Origin: Batkoa obscura
Lineage: Eukaryota
Assembly: GCA_030770535.1 (NCBI GenBank)
Contig: JASVEC010000001.1
Location: 372,001 to 436,000 of the forward strand
Length of the DNA stretch: 64,000 nt
Direction of reading: 5' to 3'
The position numbers and the translations under genes were made by a program. The stretch's first letter is position 1. The number at the start of each line of letters is the position of its first letter. The notes below the pieces were generated by a model. It had not been told where the DNA came from. It was given only the letters and a program-made list of their open reading frames with translations, and searched no databases. Shown piece after piece: positions 33,145 through 49,063 of the stretch.

Positions 33145-35169
33145 ATGATACCAGCTAATAGCGAAGTCGAGGATTTATGCAAGGCATATCCACCTATTGA
33201 CAATTATGGTATAATAGGGAATATGCATACAGTAGCCCTAAGCGGAAGCAATGGTAGTATTGATTTTATGTGTTATCCGATCTTTGATTCCCCAAGTATC
33301 TTTGCAAGGCTTTTAGATCACAAAAAAGGAGGTCACTTTTCTATCAGCCCATCAGACGGTAAAAGTATCTCTATCAAACAACAGTATTTACCAGAAACCA
33401 ACATCTTATCCACCCGTTTCTTGAATACTTCTTATTCTTTACAGTTGAATGATTATATGCATTTACCTAATTCCAAGATATCCGGAAGTGGCCAAATCTA
33501 CCCTTGGCTAATTCGTTCCGTGGCCTCTACCCGTGGAAAAGTAAGTTTTAAAATGGAATTATATCCTTCATTTAATTATGCCCAAGACGCCCATACTACT
33601 AAATTAGTTAAAGTTGAGAATCCAGTTTCAAGTCAAAATGGGCGATCAGGTGAACATAAAGTAGTGTTTGAATCTGAAAAGCTTACCATGGATTTAAGAT
33701 ATGTATTTAAATGTAACAATGAGACCCCTAAATGCAAACAAGTTCCTGAAATGAAATGGAATATAAGTGAAGTCGTTGAGGGAGGTAATTTAGGTCCTGG
33801 TGTTGAATTAGAAATGACTTTAGAAGAAGGTCAAGAGATAGTGTTTTTCTTTAGAGAAGTACCTTCCACTTGCAAAGTCACTGAAAATTGTGATTATAAG
33901 TTATCTTTACACGATCCTGAATTATCAGTTGAATTATCTAATCAGTTATTTGAAGACACTTATAGATTCTGGCAATCTTGGATCCGTGGTTGTACTTATA
34001 AAGGTAGATGGCGAGAAGCGGTGCATCGTTCCGCATTAACTCTTAAATTATTGACTTACAAACCAACTGGAGCTATTGTTGCATCACCAACCTTTTCATT
34101 ACCTGAGTTTATTGGTGGTACACGTAACTGGGATTATAGATTTTCATGGATAAGAGATGCTTCATTTACCATCTATGCTTTTATTCGATTAGGATTCATT
34201 GAAGAAGCACATGACTATATGAGATATATTGAAAATCGATTAAGCAACCTTAATAAAGATGGATCATTGAGTATTATGTATAGTATTCATGGCTCAACAG
34301 AGTTGGAAGAGATTGAGTTAAATCATTTGGATGGCTATCGTGGGTCTAAACCTGTACGTATTGGTAATGGAGCGGCAGATCATATACAATTAGATATCTA
34401 TGGAGAATTGTTAGATGCTATCTACTTATTTAATAAGTTTGGAGTTCCTATTTCTTATGATATGTGGGTAAAGGTAAGAAACATTGCAGATTACGTTGTG
34501 GAAAATTGGGACAAAAAAGACATGTCTATTTGGGAAGTAAGAAATCAACAGCAAAACTTTTTGTATTCTAAGATCTTATGTTGGGTTGCTCTTGACCGTA
34601 GTATTCGCTTATCTGAAAAGAGAAACTTACCTTGTTTACAAAAAGACAAATGGTTAAAGACAAGAGACACCATCTATGAAGAGGTTATGACCAAGGGTTG
34701 GAATGATGAATTGAAAATGTTCAAACAGTCTTTTGAGGCTGATACTTCATTGGATTCTTCTGTTTTGATTATGCCTTTGGTATTTTTTATCTCCCCAAGC
34801 GATCCAAGATTACTTTCTACTATTGATCGTATCTTATTACCATTAGAAAAAGGTGGTCTAGTTTCAAACGGCTTAGTCTATAGATATAACCACCTTACCT
34901 CTGAGGATGGTGTAGGTGGTGAAGAAGGCTCTTTCTCTATGTGTACCTTTTGGTTAATTGAGGCGTTGACTAGAGCAGGCAAATACAATCCAAGATATTT
35001 ACATATTGCTACTAATATGTTTGAGCAAATGTTGGGGTATTCCAATCATCTCTGTTTATATTCTGAAGAAATTGCTACCTCTGGGGAAGCATTGGGTAAC
35101 TTCCCTCAAGCCTTCACACACATTGCTCTTATCTCCGCTGCCTTCAACTTGGATAGAGTTTTGAAGTAA
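33145..35169 (+). CDS. Glycoside hydrolase family 15 (trehalase/glucoamylase-like subgroup)
   Basis: YGIIGNMHTVAL, GAIVASPTFSLPE..GG.RNWDYRFSWIRDA, QLDIYGE, SIWEVR, EGSFSMCTFWL, LYSEE, LGNFPQAFTH; intronless 674 aa. Confidence 0.93.
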   Translation: MIPANSEVEDLCKAYPPIDNYGIIGNMHTVALSGSNGSIDFMCYPIFDSPSIFARLLDHKKGGHFSISPSDGKSISIKQQYLPETNILSTRFLNTSYSLQLNDYMHLPNSKISGSGQIYPWLIRSVASTRGKVSFKMELYPSFNYAQDAHTTKLVKVENPVSSQNGRSGEHKVVFESEKLTMDLRYVFKCNNETPKCKQVPEMKWNISEVVEGGNLGPGVELEMTLEEGQEIVFFFREVPSTCKVTENCDYKLSLHDPELSVELSNQLFEDTYRFWQSWIRGCTYKGRWREAVHRSALTLKLLTYKPTGAIVASPTFSLPEFIGGTRNWDYRFSWIRDASFTIYAFIRLGFIEEAHDYMRYIENRLSNLNKDGSLSIMYSIHGSTELEEIELNHLDGYRGSKPVRIGNGAADHIQLDIYGELLDAIYLFNKFGVPISYDMWVKVRNIADYVVENWDKKDMSIWEVRNQQQNFLYSKILCWVALDRSIRLSEKRNLPCLQKDKWLKTRDTIYEEVMTKGWNDELKMFKQSFEADTSLDSSVLIMPLVFFISPSDPRLLSTIDRILLPLEKGGLVSNGLVYRYNHLTSEDGVGGEEGSFSMCTFWLIEALTRAGKYNPRYLHIATNMFEQMLGYSNHLCLYSEEIATSGEALGNFPQAFTHIALISAAFNLDRVLK

Positions 35170-36544
35170 ATGTAGTGAAGCGATTATGTTGTTTTAATAC
35201 CCTACCACCATTAAACTATTTTAACATTATATCATGTTTAATGTTAAAAATAAATTATTTTCAATATACTATTATCATTTTTAAAATTTCAATAAAATAT
35301 AAGAAAAGAATCTCTTAGTTTTTATAATCAAGTAAGATGAAACCTTCATACCATCCTTTTAGTGATTGTTAATTTTAAAAATATAAATATATAGACTTCA
35401 GTTGTGACTGCTATGTTTTATAGAAATAGTTCAATACTAGTCAAAAGTGTTATGAAAAAGCAAAAGGCTTAAGCTCTATGGTGATATAGTGGCCTTAGAA
35501 GCAATTATAAAGGTTATAAAACATGCACCATTTTTTATAAGTATTATAATTATTTATTTTTATTAGCTTACAAAACTTAATCAATGTTTAATAAATTATC
35601 AATTTTCATAAATTCACCTTGGATTTTAGATAATTTATAAAAACATTGCAAAGAAAGCTATTTTATGCAAGTAAAAAAATTTACTTTGCAAAATCATATT
35701 TTCAAGTCAAAGTCATTTTTTCAAAGATGCAAATTCACAAAAAGGATAATATTTCATGTAAAATGCATTAATGTTTCAAATTTATAAAGTTTATAAAAGA
35801 GCTTTATTGAAGGATGTAAGAAAAATACAAGCTAATGATAGTTTGTATCGTCCAACTTTGTCCTCACTCATTGCTCTCACGAATCAATGAGTGGACCCCT
35901 CTGAAAATCACAAGTGAGTTTTATTCCTTTTAGGGTTTTTGATTCTTCCCCCCAGGGTCCCCCCACCAATGATTGAGTTCCATAAGTTGCTAGTGAAATA
36001 TTTATTCTTCTAGCTGCTAATAGAACACTTAGGGCCAACCCTTTTAAGAAATAAAATCAATAACTCATAGGTCATTATATTACATGCTATAAATTATAAA
36101 ATCCCACATTTTTCGATGAATCATCGATAAACAATATTACACTTTTAGAAGTGTATTGAATAATATCGTGACGATTTAGAGATAAATCACACTATAGGGT
36201 CTTTTGTTTAAAGTAGTGTTTAAGTTTATAAGCTCAAACACTACTTTATCTTTCATATCATAATAATATCAAACGTAAAGTTAAATAGCCACTATAGTGT
36301 TTACTCAACAAAGGGAATGATAAGTTTATTAATTAAATCTTCCTTTTGCCTCATTATATAAATATAATTGAGGCAATTTTTTTAGGTAAAAAGAAAAGGA
36401 AGGAAAAGAAAAACCAATCAACACCAACTTGAAAGTAAGACTCTATCTAGAAAAATTCTACTAAAGTTAATTCTATAAGTGTTAATATGAAATAATCGTA
36501 AGGAAGTCGAAACTCCTTTATATTAGTCAAAATAAAGGTCGTTT

Positions 36545-38218
36545 TTAAATTAATAAACCAGCTACACATGCTGATACAAAGGTACAGATAGTACCTGTCA
36601 ACATAGCAGAGAAGGCAACATTAGCAAGATCATGTTTACGTGATGGTGCCATAGCTCCTAAACAACCAACTTGGATACCAATGGAAGCTAAATTAGCAAA
36701 ACCACAAAGGGAATAGATAGCAAGTACATTGGCACGTACTGAAAGAACATTAGCGGCTTCAAGCTTAGTTAATTCAGCAAAGGCAGCAAATTCATTAACA
36801 AACATTTTAATAGCCATAAGTTTGCCAACTTCATAACATTCACTTGGTGGTACACCAACAAAGAAAGCAAATGGTACAAAGACGTAACCCATAATAAGTT
36901 CAAGGGTTAACTTTTCAATGTTAACAAAGGAACCTAACCAAGTAAGTAAAGAATTGACTAAAGCAAGTAAAGAAATAACAGCTAAAAGAGTACCACCGAT
37001 AAGTAAAACTAAAGTAACACCTTGAGCAGCACCATTAGCGGCAGCATGTAAAATATTGACTTCTTTTTCTTCAGATTTTGGTACAGTTACTGTACCCTTA
37101 GTTTTACTTTCTTCGAGTTCTGGATAACGCATTTTAGAAAGGGCAAGTGAACATGGGATGGACATAACACAAGAGGTGATTAAAGATTGAGGATCAATCT
37201 TCATGTTAATGAAAGCAATTAAAACGGAACCTGCAATGGTAGCAAAACCAGATGTCATAACTTGATGAAGCTCAGCAATAGTCATTTCAGCTAAGAAAGG
37301 TTTGACTAATAAAGCGGATTCACCTTGTCCAACAAATGGAGAAGCAGCAGCTACTACAGATTCAGAACCAGAAGTATCCATTAAACTTTTAAAGAACCAA
37401 GCAAACTTAACTACAAGCCATTGCATAGCACCAGTGTAATAAACAATTTGAATAAATGAAGCAAAGAATAATACACCTGGTAATACAGTGAATACAAAGA
37501 TCATTTCATTAGCGAAATCACCAGCTACAAATTTAGCACCTTCTTTGGCGAAACCAAGTAAAGCAGCACATTGAAGGGATAACCAATGGAATAAAGAATA
37601 ACCAGCATAAGTCTTAATGACAAAGATACCAAGTAAAAATTGTAAAATGATCCCAACAACAACGGTTTGCCAGTTGATGTTTTTTGGACTCCTTGAAGTA
37701 GCGAACATAAGGAAAGTAAAAACAAATAAACCTAATAAAGATTGACCTCTTTGTAATAAAGTTCCGTTGGCAGTTTCTGGGGTACCAAAAGCAACAGCAA
37801 TAAGTAAAGTAAGAGCGAGAGTAATACCAATGGCATACTTATAAAGTGTCTTTGTACTTCTAAATAGACGACCAATTGGTTTCCAAGCAATAGAAACAGG
37901 ACGAGTAACAATAGTGGTTGGTACAAATTCAAAGAAAATTTTAAGAGAAATAAAAGCATAAAGTAAACAACGAACAAGAGGATCTTCTGGATGAAGGACT
38001 AAAGTGGCAATGAAATAAGCGGTCATCAATACCCAAAATACAGCTAAAATAATTTTGGTAAGATATCTTCTCCAAAATGGTTTTGGAGTATCACTTGAAG
38101 CCTCTTCTGAACCATAAGAATCTAAATGAGGTCTTGGACCCGATTTCTCATTATCGTAATTATCGACCGGAATTTCAACGTTATCCGGTCTTGTCTTTTC
38201 ATCAATTTGAGTGGACAT
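36545..38218 (-). CDS. Concentrative nucleoside transporter (CNT/SLC28 family)
   Basis: Multi-TM; SPFVGQGES, MTSGFATIAGSV, K.FVNEFAAF, YSLCGFAN..SIGIQVG motifs. Confidence 0.95.
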   Translation of the reverse strand: MSTQIDEKTRPDNVEIPVDNYDNEKSGPRPHLDSYGSEEASSDTPKPFWRRYLTKIILAVFWVLMTAYFIATLVLHPEDPLVRCLLYAFISLKIFFEFVPTTIVTRPVSIAWKPIGRLFRSTKTLYKYAIGITLALTLLIAVAFGTPETANGTLLQRGQSLLGLFVFTFLMFATSRSPKNINWQTVVVGIILQFLLGIFVIKTYAGYSLFHWLSLQCAALLGFAKEGAKFVAGDFANEMIFVFTVLPGVLFFASFIQIVYYTGAMQWLVVKFAWFFKSLMDTSGSESVVAAASPFVGQGESALLVKPFLAEMTIAELHQVMTSGFATIAGSVLIAFINMKIDPQSLITSCVMSIPCSLALSKMRYPELEESKTKGTVTVPKSEEKEVNILHAAANGAAQGVTLVLLIGGTLLAVISLLALVNSLLTWLGSFVNIEKLTLELIMGYVFVPFAFFVGVPPSECYEVGKLMAIKMFVNEFAAFAELTKLEAANVLSVRANVLAIYSLCGFANLASIGIQVGCLGAMAPSRKHDLANVAFSAMLTGTICTFVSACVAGLLI

Positions 38219-39390
38219 GATTTTTTTAAAATGTTAGTTATAAAAGTTTTGTTATAAAAAACAAACTTTTAAAAAGTTAAAAGTACAGAATTAAAATTAA
38301 ATTATTGTTTAAAAAAAATTAGTTGAACTATTTATACTATTTGTTGATTCTAGCTCTTAACGAAAATTTCATTAGATGAGTTAAAACTTATTGATAAATG
38401 AGCTCATATTACTTAAAGATTACTTAATAAAGTGATTTTACTATTTAAAATTGGTAAGATCATATTTATTTAGATAAGTTTCGAAATTTGTTAAATATCT
38501 TCTTAAATAGATTTTAGCCAATCAACTTTCATTTGAAAGCTTTAAATACTACTTTTAGAAATTGTAAATTGAAATAGTCATTGAATATTTATTCAAGTAA
38601 TGGGAACTACCATCACAAGATAGTCGACTTTAAATTGTGGGGTAAAATGGTTACTATTTGATATTTATTTTTGTATAATTTGAGTTCTTTTTTTATAGCA
38701 TTTTCAATAATTAAATTTATCATGCTATTTAAAGTAAGACACTCGCTCCATCCAAAGTCAAACTTTGTATTGCTGCTACTATTTATTTAACTTTTTGAAC
38801 CTTTTATTTTTATTTATTTCATCGGTTCATTTATTTAGTATTGTTCTTTAGTTGACACTTGGAATGAAATTTAACCAATTATTATATTTCAACTATTATT
38901 CCTTTAATAACTCTCTCCTTATTGAAGATTAATGTTAAAAATTTGAACGTAATTAATTACCTTTTACTTTTAATAATATTTTTATGATTTTATAATTCAA
39001 GATTGAGTATAAGGTACTAAAGAGAGAGAGAGCTCTTATTCTCATTCATTTATTTTTCACATTATTTTGAACCTTTTAATTGCTTTAGTAATTTTAAATA
39101 TTACATCGACAGTCAAATACTTCACATTATTTATTATTATTATTATTATTATTATTTGTTAATTAACTTACCATTTTATTTTAAATATTTAAATTTATTT
39201 AGACTTATTCGAATATAATAATATTCAAAAAAAAAGAATAAACTTAGAATTAGCTATAAATATCTTACCAATCGCTTAATAAATTTAAATTTTTTTAAGG
39301 ATTTTATTTGATTATCTTTAGAATCCAAGAATTAATAATTTGAAAATCTATATTGAAAATTATTTCAATACCCTTAATATCAGGGTAAGG

Positions 39391-39478
39391 TATTATATTA
39401 TATTATATTATATTATATTATATTATATTATATTATATTATATTATATTATATTATATTATTTTATTTTATTTTATTT
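39391..39478. repeat. Pentanucleotide microsatellite (TATTA)14 grading into (TTTTA)n
   Basis: Direct reading. Confidence 0.95.
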
Positions 39479-41293
39479 AAATATATATATTTTTATTTTA
39501 GTCATGTTGAATAATAATATAATATAGTCATCTAATTTGATTTTTATTAAGTTTACTCCATGTTAAATTGAATTTTGAAATTGAGTTTCCAGATTATTAA
39601 ATTTGAAATACAAGAAATCTTTAAAATCATTAATGAATTAAGAGAATTTAAACTATATTTATTATACTTTTTTAATATCGTTAATAATATAAGTGTAAAT
39701 AATACAAATATGTATTTCCCGATATGGGGAAGTGTTAATTATAATTACTGTGATTTCAATATAAAATCCAATCTAGATTTTGTACACTTATTAGCATGCC
39801 ATTAATTTATTTTTGTAACTTTGTTTTTATTATTATTTCCATAAATTCACTAGCTTAGGTAATAAATCATTTGGAATAAATAGTTTCTAAATATTATTAC
39901 ATAGTGTAATTAAGTACAAAAGTTAATGAAGAGTTTTTTGTACACAATAAATAAATAAATTATTTTATTTAATTGTTTTTTAATGTAATAAAAAAGGGAG
40001 ATTAAAAATTCATTCCATCATTTAATAAATCTTTTGAATTTTAATTCAACTTTTTAATCCTTTTATTAAAGATAAGGGATGGTTTTATCTAATTAAAGTT
40101 AATGCGCTTAAAATAAAAGCTTATAAAATAAAAGCTTATAAAATATATACAAATAAATAGATTCTACTTTTATATACTTACAATACCATCTTTTTATAAT
40201 ATACAATAAATTAAATAATATTATTAATAAGAATAAAACCACCATTAATTCCTTCATTAGATCACCAATAAATAATAAAACCCTTAAAATATATTTGTTT
40301 TTTTATTAAAAAGATCAAATTTATCATTTTATTCATCTTTAATTAAAAAGAATGCTTTGAGAATATTAAAATAATTGAAATAAACTTAGTTGATTTGTTT
40401 GAGTTATTATTTAAAATGAGATTATTACTATTAGTATTATTAACATTGCCTTTTATAACAATATAATATTAATAGACTTTAACTTTGATAAAAGAAATTA
40501 TAAATGATTAAATTATTTAATTCATTATATAAATAATAAATAACAAATAATAAATAGTAAATAATAAAAATAATAAAAATAAAGTAAATATTTTATTTTT
40601 ATGAAAATATAAACATTATTTGAAATATTGTTTATTTACTATAATTTTTTTTTCTAAAAGCCTTAAAATAACTGGATAACTTTCATTTTTTATTTCAGAT
40701 AATAAAATAAAAGTTTAAAAGAAGCAAAAAATAAAGTTAAACATTAGTAGATGAGATGTAAACAAGATAAGTAAAATTTTTAATAGTAATTATAAAGTTA
40801 GAAATATTACAAAATGGCTTATGTCGTATATTAAATTTTAATCTTTGATACCTTTATTTATAATTATTCAATATAAGCTCAATATAGTTTAATAAATAAC
40901 TTTAAACTAAAAATTGAAAATGTTATAAAATTATTAGCTTCTATTAATAAGAACCAAATTAACATACAAAATACTTTTTAAAATCCTCAAAATTCTAACT
41001 TTTTACAACTTTGAACTTGGTGAGGTTCTTCTTTGAACATGTACTTACCTTAATTTACGCAGTCTTTTTACTTAATAATGGGTGGGGGTATCCTTCAACA
41101 AGGGTAAAATTCATCTTTAATTATTCTACCTATGTTAAAAACTAATCAATAATTTCCATTGATAAAACTTTACTGCGTAAATTGGGTTGAATTTTCAATA
41201 AGAAATTTGGGTCCAAAAAATATTTTTTTTAAACTTGGTAAAAAGTACCTAATTTTTCAAGCTTATTCTACTTTTTAAGAGAAAAACTAATAA

Positions 41294-43732
<2,439 letters not shown>

Positions 43733-43898
43733 AGTATAGATAGAGGATAATGAATAGAAGTTTCTATAAAGGATATTTGACATTAAATAAATATATATAA
43801 AAATATAACTGAGTTTATACTTAATTTTATTATTATTTATTTTATTATATAAATATTAAATAAATAAAATATCGAATTTAATTTTAACTCCTTTTACT

Positions 43899-46116
43899 TT
43901 ATTGTTTTGCTAAAAACTCAGCTAAATCTTCAATTGCTTTTTGAATATTTTTACTAAAACCAAGATGATCTGTAGAATTTGATTGATTCCATTTTGAAAT
44001 AGATAATTTAATATCTTGTTTATCAATTGCATAATTAACGCCATAACCATCTTTAACTACAGGTGCAAAGCCACCATAAAAGTATTTACCTGGTGACATA
44101 TTAGAAGTAGATAATCTAAAACTCATAGATTCAATATAAGATGGATGTTGAAATAATTGAGGTGTTTTTTCTTCTTCTTGAATCATACATCTAAGTCCTA
44201 AAAGATGACGATCAATACCTTGTCCACGGGATGCCTTTTTCATATATGATAAATGAGTAGTAAATGCATTTTTAATAGCTTCTAACTTTTTGTTATAAGA
44301 GATATTTTTATCATCAAACAATTGAACAAATTGTTTACTTTCAATTGAACAACTTCTAACTGTTTCTGTTCTACCATGTAAAAAAGCTCTAGTAGAGGCT
44401 GTTTCATAAGTAGGTCCAACTTCTCCTTGTTGTCGATAATAAGCTAATTGTAAGGCCATTTGTAAAAAGGTATCAGGACTGACTTTAAGACTCTTGAGTA
44501 AGGTGGAGCCAATACCTGAATGATGTAATAATACACTTTCAATATTGGAGATGAATTTTGGTACTCGTTCATGAGCTTCATTGATTAAAGTATTGACTTC
44601 ATTATTTACTTCCCATCGTAATAATTTGGGTTCTTCTAGAGTTACATCATTAGCTACATTAATAGGGTCACTATGAGGTTCACTATATTTATTATTATTA
44701 TTATTTATTATTTATTATTAACACATGATATATATTTACTTTGATAAAACTTCATTAATAATCCTACCAGGTATAACAGCATCGGCAGGGGTATGCTATT
44801 TAATAAATTAATATTATTATTTAATATTATTATTATATTATTATTATATATAATTGATATTTTTTACCTCTCCATTAATACCAGCTCTACCATTATTAGT
44901 TAAAATTAATTGAATAGCTTTATCAAACCAACGATTTTGACCTGTATGACCATGAAATATAATTTGATGAGATTCATTAATATTAGTTGAAGGAGAATAA
45001 TCTTCTAGACATAAAACAAATAAACTTGTATCAATGTAATTTAAAGTTTGTTGATTTAATTGATCAGTTTCTAATAATTCTCTTGCTTTTGCCCAAATAT
45101 CTCGATGTTCACCAGTTAATATACCTACATTTGGTTGATATTGAGATTGATCTAGATTATCAATTGAATTAATAGCTAATTTTAATTGATTTATTATCGT
45201 TTTTATAGATACTCTTTCACTATTTTTTCCATATACAGGTACTTCAATTAATTGATTTTTATAACTCAATATTATATGATGAGCTAAACATGGATAAGAA
45301 GATTCAATTTTATCTCTTTTCATTTTTGGTATTCTAGTTGTTCCTAATTGTTGATGATATTGATTCATACATAATGGGGTTTCTTTTATATATTCTGGTT
45401 CAATTTCTTCTCTATTTTAAAGATATAAATATAAAAATATTGTGTAATATATAATTACTATATAATCATTACCTATTTAAAGCATCATTAAAATTTAATA
45501 TACCGGTAATTAAACCAGCAGCTCTTTCAATTTGTAAATCTGTAGTTTTACCTTTAATTGGATTATTTACTAAACCATTTGGATGATCTTTAAATTCACA
45601 CCACCAATTTACATTTAATAATGTTGGTTCACGATATTCTAAATATCCTTTATTTAACCAAATATCTTCAAGCCAAGAATTCTATTTATTAAATAATAAA
45701 TATAAATGTAACTAAATATATAAAATAACAATATTAAATCAATATTTTTTTACCTTTTGTTTTAAATCATATTCAATTAATCTTTGCTGTAATTTATTAC
45801 CTTCTTCACCATAAAAAGGAGCAATTGCTTTTAAAGCATCTTTATATTGAATTTCATTATACAATGGTAATAAAGATCTTTCATACATTTTTAGAGTATG
45901 TTCAAGTGGTGGTATAGGTAATCTTGGTAAGCTAGTTTGATTATCAAATGTTTTTGATTTACTCTTTTCAATTCCAGAGTCTGTTTTAACAGAATACTGC
46001 TGTAAACTTAAGAGCTGACGAAATTGAAGAGGTTTACTTCTAGTATGTTTGTTAGTTGCCTTTATTATTAGTGTTAGTTTAAAAAATACTTACTTTAAAC
46101 GTTGAATTAACTGCAT
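43899..46116 (-). CDS. Carnitine O-acyltransferase (CRAT/CPT2 family), multi-exon, probably mitochondrial
   Basis: TFDNQTSLPRLPIPPLEHT, NRWFDK, NGE|HTPADA catalytic His, SPDTFLQMALQLAYY, YETASTRAFLHGRTE, GFAPVVKDGYGVNY. Confidence 0.92.
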
Positions 46117-46419
46117 AACTATATAAAAATAAGATAAAGAAAAGTGATAATAAAAGATTTTTTATTGTGACGTTTATTTGGGATGGATTCAACAATCACA
46201 TGTTGTTATCAATCGATAAGTAAAATACGAATTCAAGTAATAAAATCCACCAATTAAAAGTCAAATTCAATTCACCCTAACACATCATCTTATCAAACCA
46301 TTAAAAAGTAAACAGCAACATAAATGCTTAGAAAATCATTTTTATTCTACTTTATTTTGTTTTAATTTGTTTTATTTTATTTTATTATTAATTTATCAAT
46401 TTACTACTTACTACCAACA

Positions 46420-47076
46420 ATGTCCCTATCCAGCAAACTCCATGTTTATTATTGTTTTGAAACTTTATCCAATTATTTAAATCATTATGGTAATAAATCT
46501 TATTACAGTGACTCGGATTTGGTCAAAAATTTACCCCTTGATTACAGTATTAAATCCGAATTCCCAAATGACAGTTATCCGTTGTTTATAACTTGGAATC
46601 TCATTGATCCCTACTCCCCAGAAGAAGAAGAACTCCGTGGTTGTATAGGTAATTTCTCACCCTTATCCTTACATAATGGCTTAAAAGAATACGCTTTAAT
46701 TTCTGCCTTACAAGATACTCGATTTGATCCTATAGATACAGAAGAGTTGGATCAACTCTCATGTTGTGTTTCTTTATTAGTGAAATTTGAATTAGCAGAA
46801 CATTATTTAGATTGGGAAATTGGAGTTCATGGAATTCGATTAAGATTAAATATTAATGATCGAATTTATGGGGCTACTTATTTACCAGAAGTGGCTGCTG
46901 AGCAAGGGTGGACCAAAGAAGAGACGATTAAAAGTTTATTAAGAAAAGGAGGGTATAGGGGGAAAACAGATAAGGAAGTGTTGGATAAAATTAAGATAAC
47001 TAGATATCAATCACATAAAAGTAAAGCTAGCTTTAAAGAATATTTGGATTATGTTAATAAGTTAACTAAGAATTAA
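46420..47076 (+). CDS. AMMECR1: AMMECR1 domain protein
   Basis: PLFITW, LRGCIGNF, SALQDTRFDPI, ATYLPEVAAEQGW. Confidence 0.95.
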   Translation: MSLSSKLHVYYCFETLSNYLNHYGNKSYYSDSDLVKNLPLDYSIKSEFPNDSYPLFITWNLIDPYSPEEEELRGCIGNFSPLSLHNGLKEYALISALQDTRFDPIDTEELDQLSCCVSLLVKFELAEHYLDWEIGVHGIRLRLNINDRIYGATYLPEVAAEQGWTKEETIKSLLRKGGYRGKTDKEVLDKIKITRYQSHKSKASFKEYLDYVNKLTKN

Positions 47077-48091
47077 ATAGAACTTTTAAGTTAGTTATTA
47101 AGTGATTTATAAGTAGCTGTAGTTTTCTTATGAGAAGTAAATATAATATAATATTTAATGTTTAATGTTTAATTTTATTGTTGGTCATTGATTTAAAGTT
47201 TCTAATTTATTTATTTTAATCTTTTGTTGATTAATATCATTATTTACTATTTGTTAAAATAACAGTCGATTAATGACACTTCAAACAATAATAGTCTTTT
47301 ACTATAATCTTGACTTATAAAACAATACATTTATCATGGCATATATATTTGTTTTTATTTAGATAATTATAAACTTATGTTTAAATATTTATTTAATTCT
47401 ATGTTTAAATATAGTATTAATAATGATATTGATAATTTGATAAATGATTGCATATCTTTTAAATAATATATAATCTTAATAGAAACTCCAGTTTAGATTT
47501 TATACTACTTTAGTTGCAATTGAGTCGGTTTTGTTGATTTTATTGACTAAGTTATTTAATTGTGTCGTTAAGTATAAAAAGGAAGAAATCTTAATAAAAG
47601 TAAACTGTTTCTTACTTCAATGAAAAAGGATTTTTATCATGTTAACAATTACAGGTTCCATGTAAGGTAGGGTAGGGTACTTGGGTGATCGGATTTTAAT
47701 TTAGCATTTATATGGATCAAGGTGTACCTCAGAGCGAAATTGATAAGGCATCCGCTTATACAATGCGTTTCTGAAAGGGATAGTCTCATATTTGTTATAT
47801 TTGTTAACTTATAGAAATATATCGTGATCCATTCTAAATGTTATTTTTTAGTTGTATTAAATATGCGTTGACTATTAAATTAATATTGCTAAAGAAAGTA
47901 TCTACAGCTATACTAGACCTTATAAATAAGTGTAGATGTAATGATAAACCTTTTATATTACGAAGATATTATTAAAATATACTCATTTTAATGTATAATC
48001 TTTTTATAGTTTAAATAATACTCATAACATAATGTAATATCAAATTAATTTAATGCTTAATTACGTTTATTTAAAGACCTTTGATTAATAT

Positions 48092-48193
48092 GGGGTATCT
48101 TTTTTAGTTTCATTATTTTTTTCCGTTTTTTAAACGATATTCTATTGTGTGAAAAAAATGTTAGCAAATTTCTTAAACAAAAAAGACATCCCC
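48092..48193 (+). mobile_element. MITE family A, copy 12
   Basis: GGGGTATCTTTT...AAAAGACATCCCC; ATAT on both flanks. Confidence 0.8.
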
Positions 48194-48561
48194 ATATAAA
48201 TAAGTATTTAAAAAATATTTAATAAGCATTATTTTATTATGATAATGCTTTTAAAAAGCAATAAGGATCCTACTCTATACCATTTCTCTAACATATCTAT
48301 ATTATAATATCTTTATATTCTTTTATAAACAAAGTGCAATTTTATATCATTTTAATAAACTTTGATCTTACTCATTTACATAATTAAAATAGATTATTTT
48401 ATTATAGTTTTAGTTTTTAAATATCCACATTCAATTCCATAACAGCTGTAATCCCAATGCTTTAACTTTTAAACTATTTACACTATATACATTAATTAAT
48501 GTATATAATACTTTTTAGTTGTCAGCGTAGATAATAAACGTTGGTTAAAGTTGTAACATAA

Positions 48562-48664
48562 GATGATGTTTTTTTTGGTTTCATTACTTTCTCCATTTTT
48601 TAGGCACTATTTATTTGAGTGGAAAGATTATTAGTAAAATTCTTAAACAAAAAAATACATCCCC
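48562..48664 (+). mobile_element. MITE family A, copy 13
   Basis: GATGATGTTTT...AAAATACATCCCC; ATAA on both flanks. Confidence 0.82.
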
Positions 48665-49063
48665 ATAAGTTAATAGATAGAACTTATATAACTATTTGTC
48701 TTTTTATGAAGTATTTTTACCAAGTTTAAAAGGGTAAATTTTAAATGATAAGCGGATTAAAATGAAAATTAAGCTTTAAATTATCATATATTAAAATAAT
48801 GTTTTAAATATAAAAATTAAATCATTGTTATAATATAATTATATCTCTACATCATATCCATCATACCACCAAACTATCAAAAATCCCTTTCCATTTAACA
48901 CAGCAAAATCAATTTCATTCTCTAGCCAATAATAGACGTTTAAAATTCCACTCTCAATTTTTCTCATTATTATTAATTGCAGCAAAAACCTCCACATTAC
49001 AGCCTTAAATTTAAAATTTAATTAATAAACAATTTCATTTACTCTATTTAATCCTCCTAAAAA

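Noticed and set aside
47650..47790. GC-enriched patch downstream of AMMECR1
   Set aside because: No recognisable RNA motif, repeat partner or sustained ORF.
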